From contig JAUFOQ010000001.1 of assembly GCA_040285855.1 (NCBI GenBank), positions 992,001 to 1,056,000 of the forward strand: 64,000 bases of DNA. The letters run 5' to 3'. Shown here piece after piece: positions 61,295 through 64,000 of this stretch (position 1 is the stretch's first letter; every line of letters starts with the position of its first letter). Source of the stretch: Eukaryota sp. GEM-RC1. Its lineage: Eukaryota. The notes below the pieces were generated by a model. The model searched no databases and had not been told where the DNA came from. It was given only the letters and a program-made list of their open reading frames with translations. The position numbers and the translations under genes were made by a program.

Positions 61295-63562
61295 TTATTC
61301 AACAATTTCAAGATGATGATGGCTATGACCTAATGAAGCAAATGGATAATAATTGCCGCTACTTAATCTGGGAAGAGTTCCAGTGCGATAAAATGAAGAA
61401 TTACTCACTGATTTGATTGTTAAGGTGTAACTACTTAGATTGACATTGATTTCAAGTAATTCACCAGGATTCCACTGACCCTTGAATACTGGGCGCTGAC
61501 AAAGACAACCAGCAAAGGTAGCACCAAAATTGTCAAGATAGTGAGCACCCCCATGGAACATGATCCATCAACACTAAACTCTGACTCGTCAATGACTCCA
61601 ACAAAAGATTACTACTATCCCCCTGGTACCTCAACTTCCAAGTATAAACATTACCTGAAAGAAGTGGATCTTGTCCCAAGATATTTCTGCTACAAACTCT
61701 CAGATAGTCAGGAAAAGGAGCATAAATACCATCACTATCACTGCTGTCTGAGCAAGTCATGCTATTTGATGAGTCTGTACTATTTTGATCACCATCACTA
61801 ACAGAAACTCTCTTTTACTAACACTAACTTGTAACTCAGAATGCTTATTAATTGGTGAGAATCTAACTGAATTGAATCGAGAAGATAATTGACATTGTTT
61901 CTTTTCCAATTCTGCAATTTCTTGTTTTAATTTAGTAATTTCTGTTTTCTGTGATTTAAATGACTCACGCAAATTCTTGACTTCAGAAGCGTGTGATCGA
62001 GCCGAAGAATTGCAATTTTTCTCAAAAGTTAAGATTTGGGCTTGTTGATCTTCTGAAATTTGAATTAATTTTGGAACAATTACAAGTGAGTTGAACTCCA
62101 AAAGAAAACGTCTTAATTCTTTTGCTGATTTTAAAGGAGCTAATACTTGTACCAGTTGGTTAATTGGAGTAGTAATAAAATTTAAAGAATAAAAACAATT
62201 TTCAAATTCATCAACATTCCAATTAGAATTCTTGTAAGAACTAACTAAATTTGGAAACAAACCACAAAACGTGTGAAGGAATGACATTGGAGGAGAGTTG
62301 ACAGAAGGTTTTTGGAGAACAAACAAGTTCTGGTAAACTGCCAATTGGAGTAGACTGTAAGAACTTGGGAAACAAACTGGAAAGAATTGACATTGTTTTA
62401 GAATCTTGAAGTAGATCTGCCGTTTTTACCAAGAAAAGAACCATTTACATGGTAATTTAGTGGTTTGATCAGACTTCAAGATCTCTAAGATCCAATCGTA
62501 GAGGGTTTGTGTACACTCTGAATTATCAAATAAGTTAGTCAAAATTTCAAATATTTGATCAAGTCGACCACTGATAGAAAAGTACCTTAAAATCGAAAGA
62601 AGTTCTTCATTTTCTTGGTTAAAAGAGAACACTGCACACTTCAAAAGGTAAAGACTATTGAAAACCTCCAGTTCCAACAGATTGACAATAAAATTGAGTG
62701 GTAATCTAATTGGAGTTGAATCAGTGGTAATAGAAACTGTACTAAGAATAGATTTGAACTCATTGACAAAGTAAAAGTCATTCGCATCACCAGCTTTTTT
62801 GATTAGATTGATGACGTCATCAATGGACAATGAGTAACTGGATATAAAAGAGATACAAAAGTTCTGCAGACACTCGACTTGGAAATATACAGCGAGATGG
62901 AAAAATTCAAATATGTTGTTCACATTAAGGTCGATATTCTGACAATAGAAGAGGTCGAAGAACTTTTCATAAACTTCAACGAGGAAACAAAACTTCTGAG
63001 TAAAATCGTAATCATCGTCATTGTCTTCAGCCAATGGTCCAATAATTCTATTCTCAAAGAACTTAGACCAACAACAGAGCAACATTGAGTGAACCTTAAT
63101 CTTAGTACCTTTGAACTTAATGATGACGTCAGCAGTTCTACTCTCCTTCAACTTATGGACAATATCGGAAGGTTTCAGCTTGAAGACAAAGTCATTCGCC
63201 AAACCACTGACAAGGCAAGACTGACAGGCTGTGGATAACGCGGGGTAGTTGAGTTGAGAAGCGAGGATCATAATGGGGGTGAAATTTGAGGTGTTGATTG
63301 TGAGAGGTTTGCCATAGAAAGTTTGTAGAACTGAATCGACCAAATTGTCTTCAACAGTGGGGGATTTGGGGATTTGGTATACATCACTGCCTCTACTACG
63401 ACTGGCTAGGGAATCAAGGAAGGAGCTGTGAAGGGAGACGATCACTCTGTGGACAGGGAATTCATGGTCGTCGTAAGTGATAATGACGTCTGTTAAGGAG
63501 AAAGATTCACGGAACTGGTCCAGTTTTTGACACAGAATCGTTGGAGTTGGGAGGTTGTGCAT
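61295..63562 (-). CDS. Tandem BTB-BTB - coiled coil - SPRY protein, copy 6 (several frameshifts)
   Basis: BTB1 TDVIITYDDHEFPVHRVIVSLHSSFL; BTB2 ADVIIKFKGTKIKVHSMLLCCWSKFF; coil; SPRY of the same family (RNILGQDPLLSGNVYTWKLRYQG ... YYPFASLGHSHHHLEIVE*). Confidence 0.8.
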
Positions 63563-64000
63563 GGGATGGTTGAGATTTTGAAATCGTCTGCAGGTCTGGT
63601 TGGATATCACATACCTTAATGTTACTAAATTCGACAGATAACTCTACAATACACGTGAATATTAAAGCTTCATTTATTATAGTAATCCTGGTCATTCAGT
63701 CTTTGCGAGTACATCACAAACCTTTTAGTCACTGATGAACAATTTCAAACACTCAAACTCTTCCTGTAACTGTCCAGTTATCAGCTTACCTTAAGTGTAG
63801 TAGGACTGTTCACGGTTAACAAAGAGCTGCTGACCACGAAAACTAAAGTCGTTGTAGTGATACCGAATTGATGATCAAAACGCACTCATGAAATAAATTA
63901 GGGAATACAGAAAGCACCTTGTAATACATGTTATGGAAGTGCTGAGGATACTTTTAAAAACTGAAAGTATTGTGAGAAATGAAAATTTTGATCAAATTCT

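Noticed and set aside
13480..62430. Programmed frameshifting or phase variation in SPRY, Vps39 and Rab genes
   Set aside because: Shifts are mostly 1-nt losses in A/T homopolymers and also hit conserved housekeeping genes, which is the signature of long-read consensus error; this cannot be distinguished without reads.
1..64000. tRNA or rRNA genes
   Set aside because: No cloverleaf/box A-B pattern or rRNA-like conserved stretch recognised by eye; tRNAscan-SE or Infernal would be needed to exclude them.

Overview
AT-rich eukaryotic (protist-type) genomic DNA with the standard code and tiny 26-34 nt GT-AG introns. Many single-base indels fall in homopolymers and are probably long-read errors, so several ORF-track fragments belong to single genes. 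Housekeeping genes: USP7-like deubiquitinase, Vps39/TRAP1-like, Rab24-like. Other genes: a giant 975-bp-repeat beta-sandwich protein, an RNI-type LRR gene, a type I membrane protein and an Mx/DRP4-like dynamin GTPase. There is dense transposon debris: two hAT elements with exact TIRs and 8-bp TSDs, a MULE-like element, a 111-bp solo-LTR-like insert, CRE-type non-LTR fragments and an LTR retroelement relic. The most striking signal is a dispersed family of six (BTB)-coiled-coil-SPRY/B30.2 genes plus an orphan 3' cassette. Their SPRY framework is conserved while four segments are hypervariable and appear shuffled between copies. They lie near the Mx-like GTPase and a decayed RING-B-box gene. This suggests (inference only) a diversifying, TRIM-like, Cullin-3-coupled recognition system, possibly for cell-autonomous immunity. 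All alignments and family assignments were made by eye.
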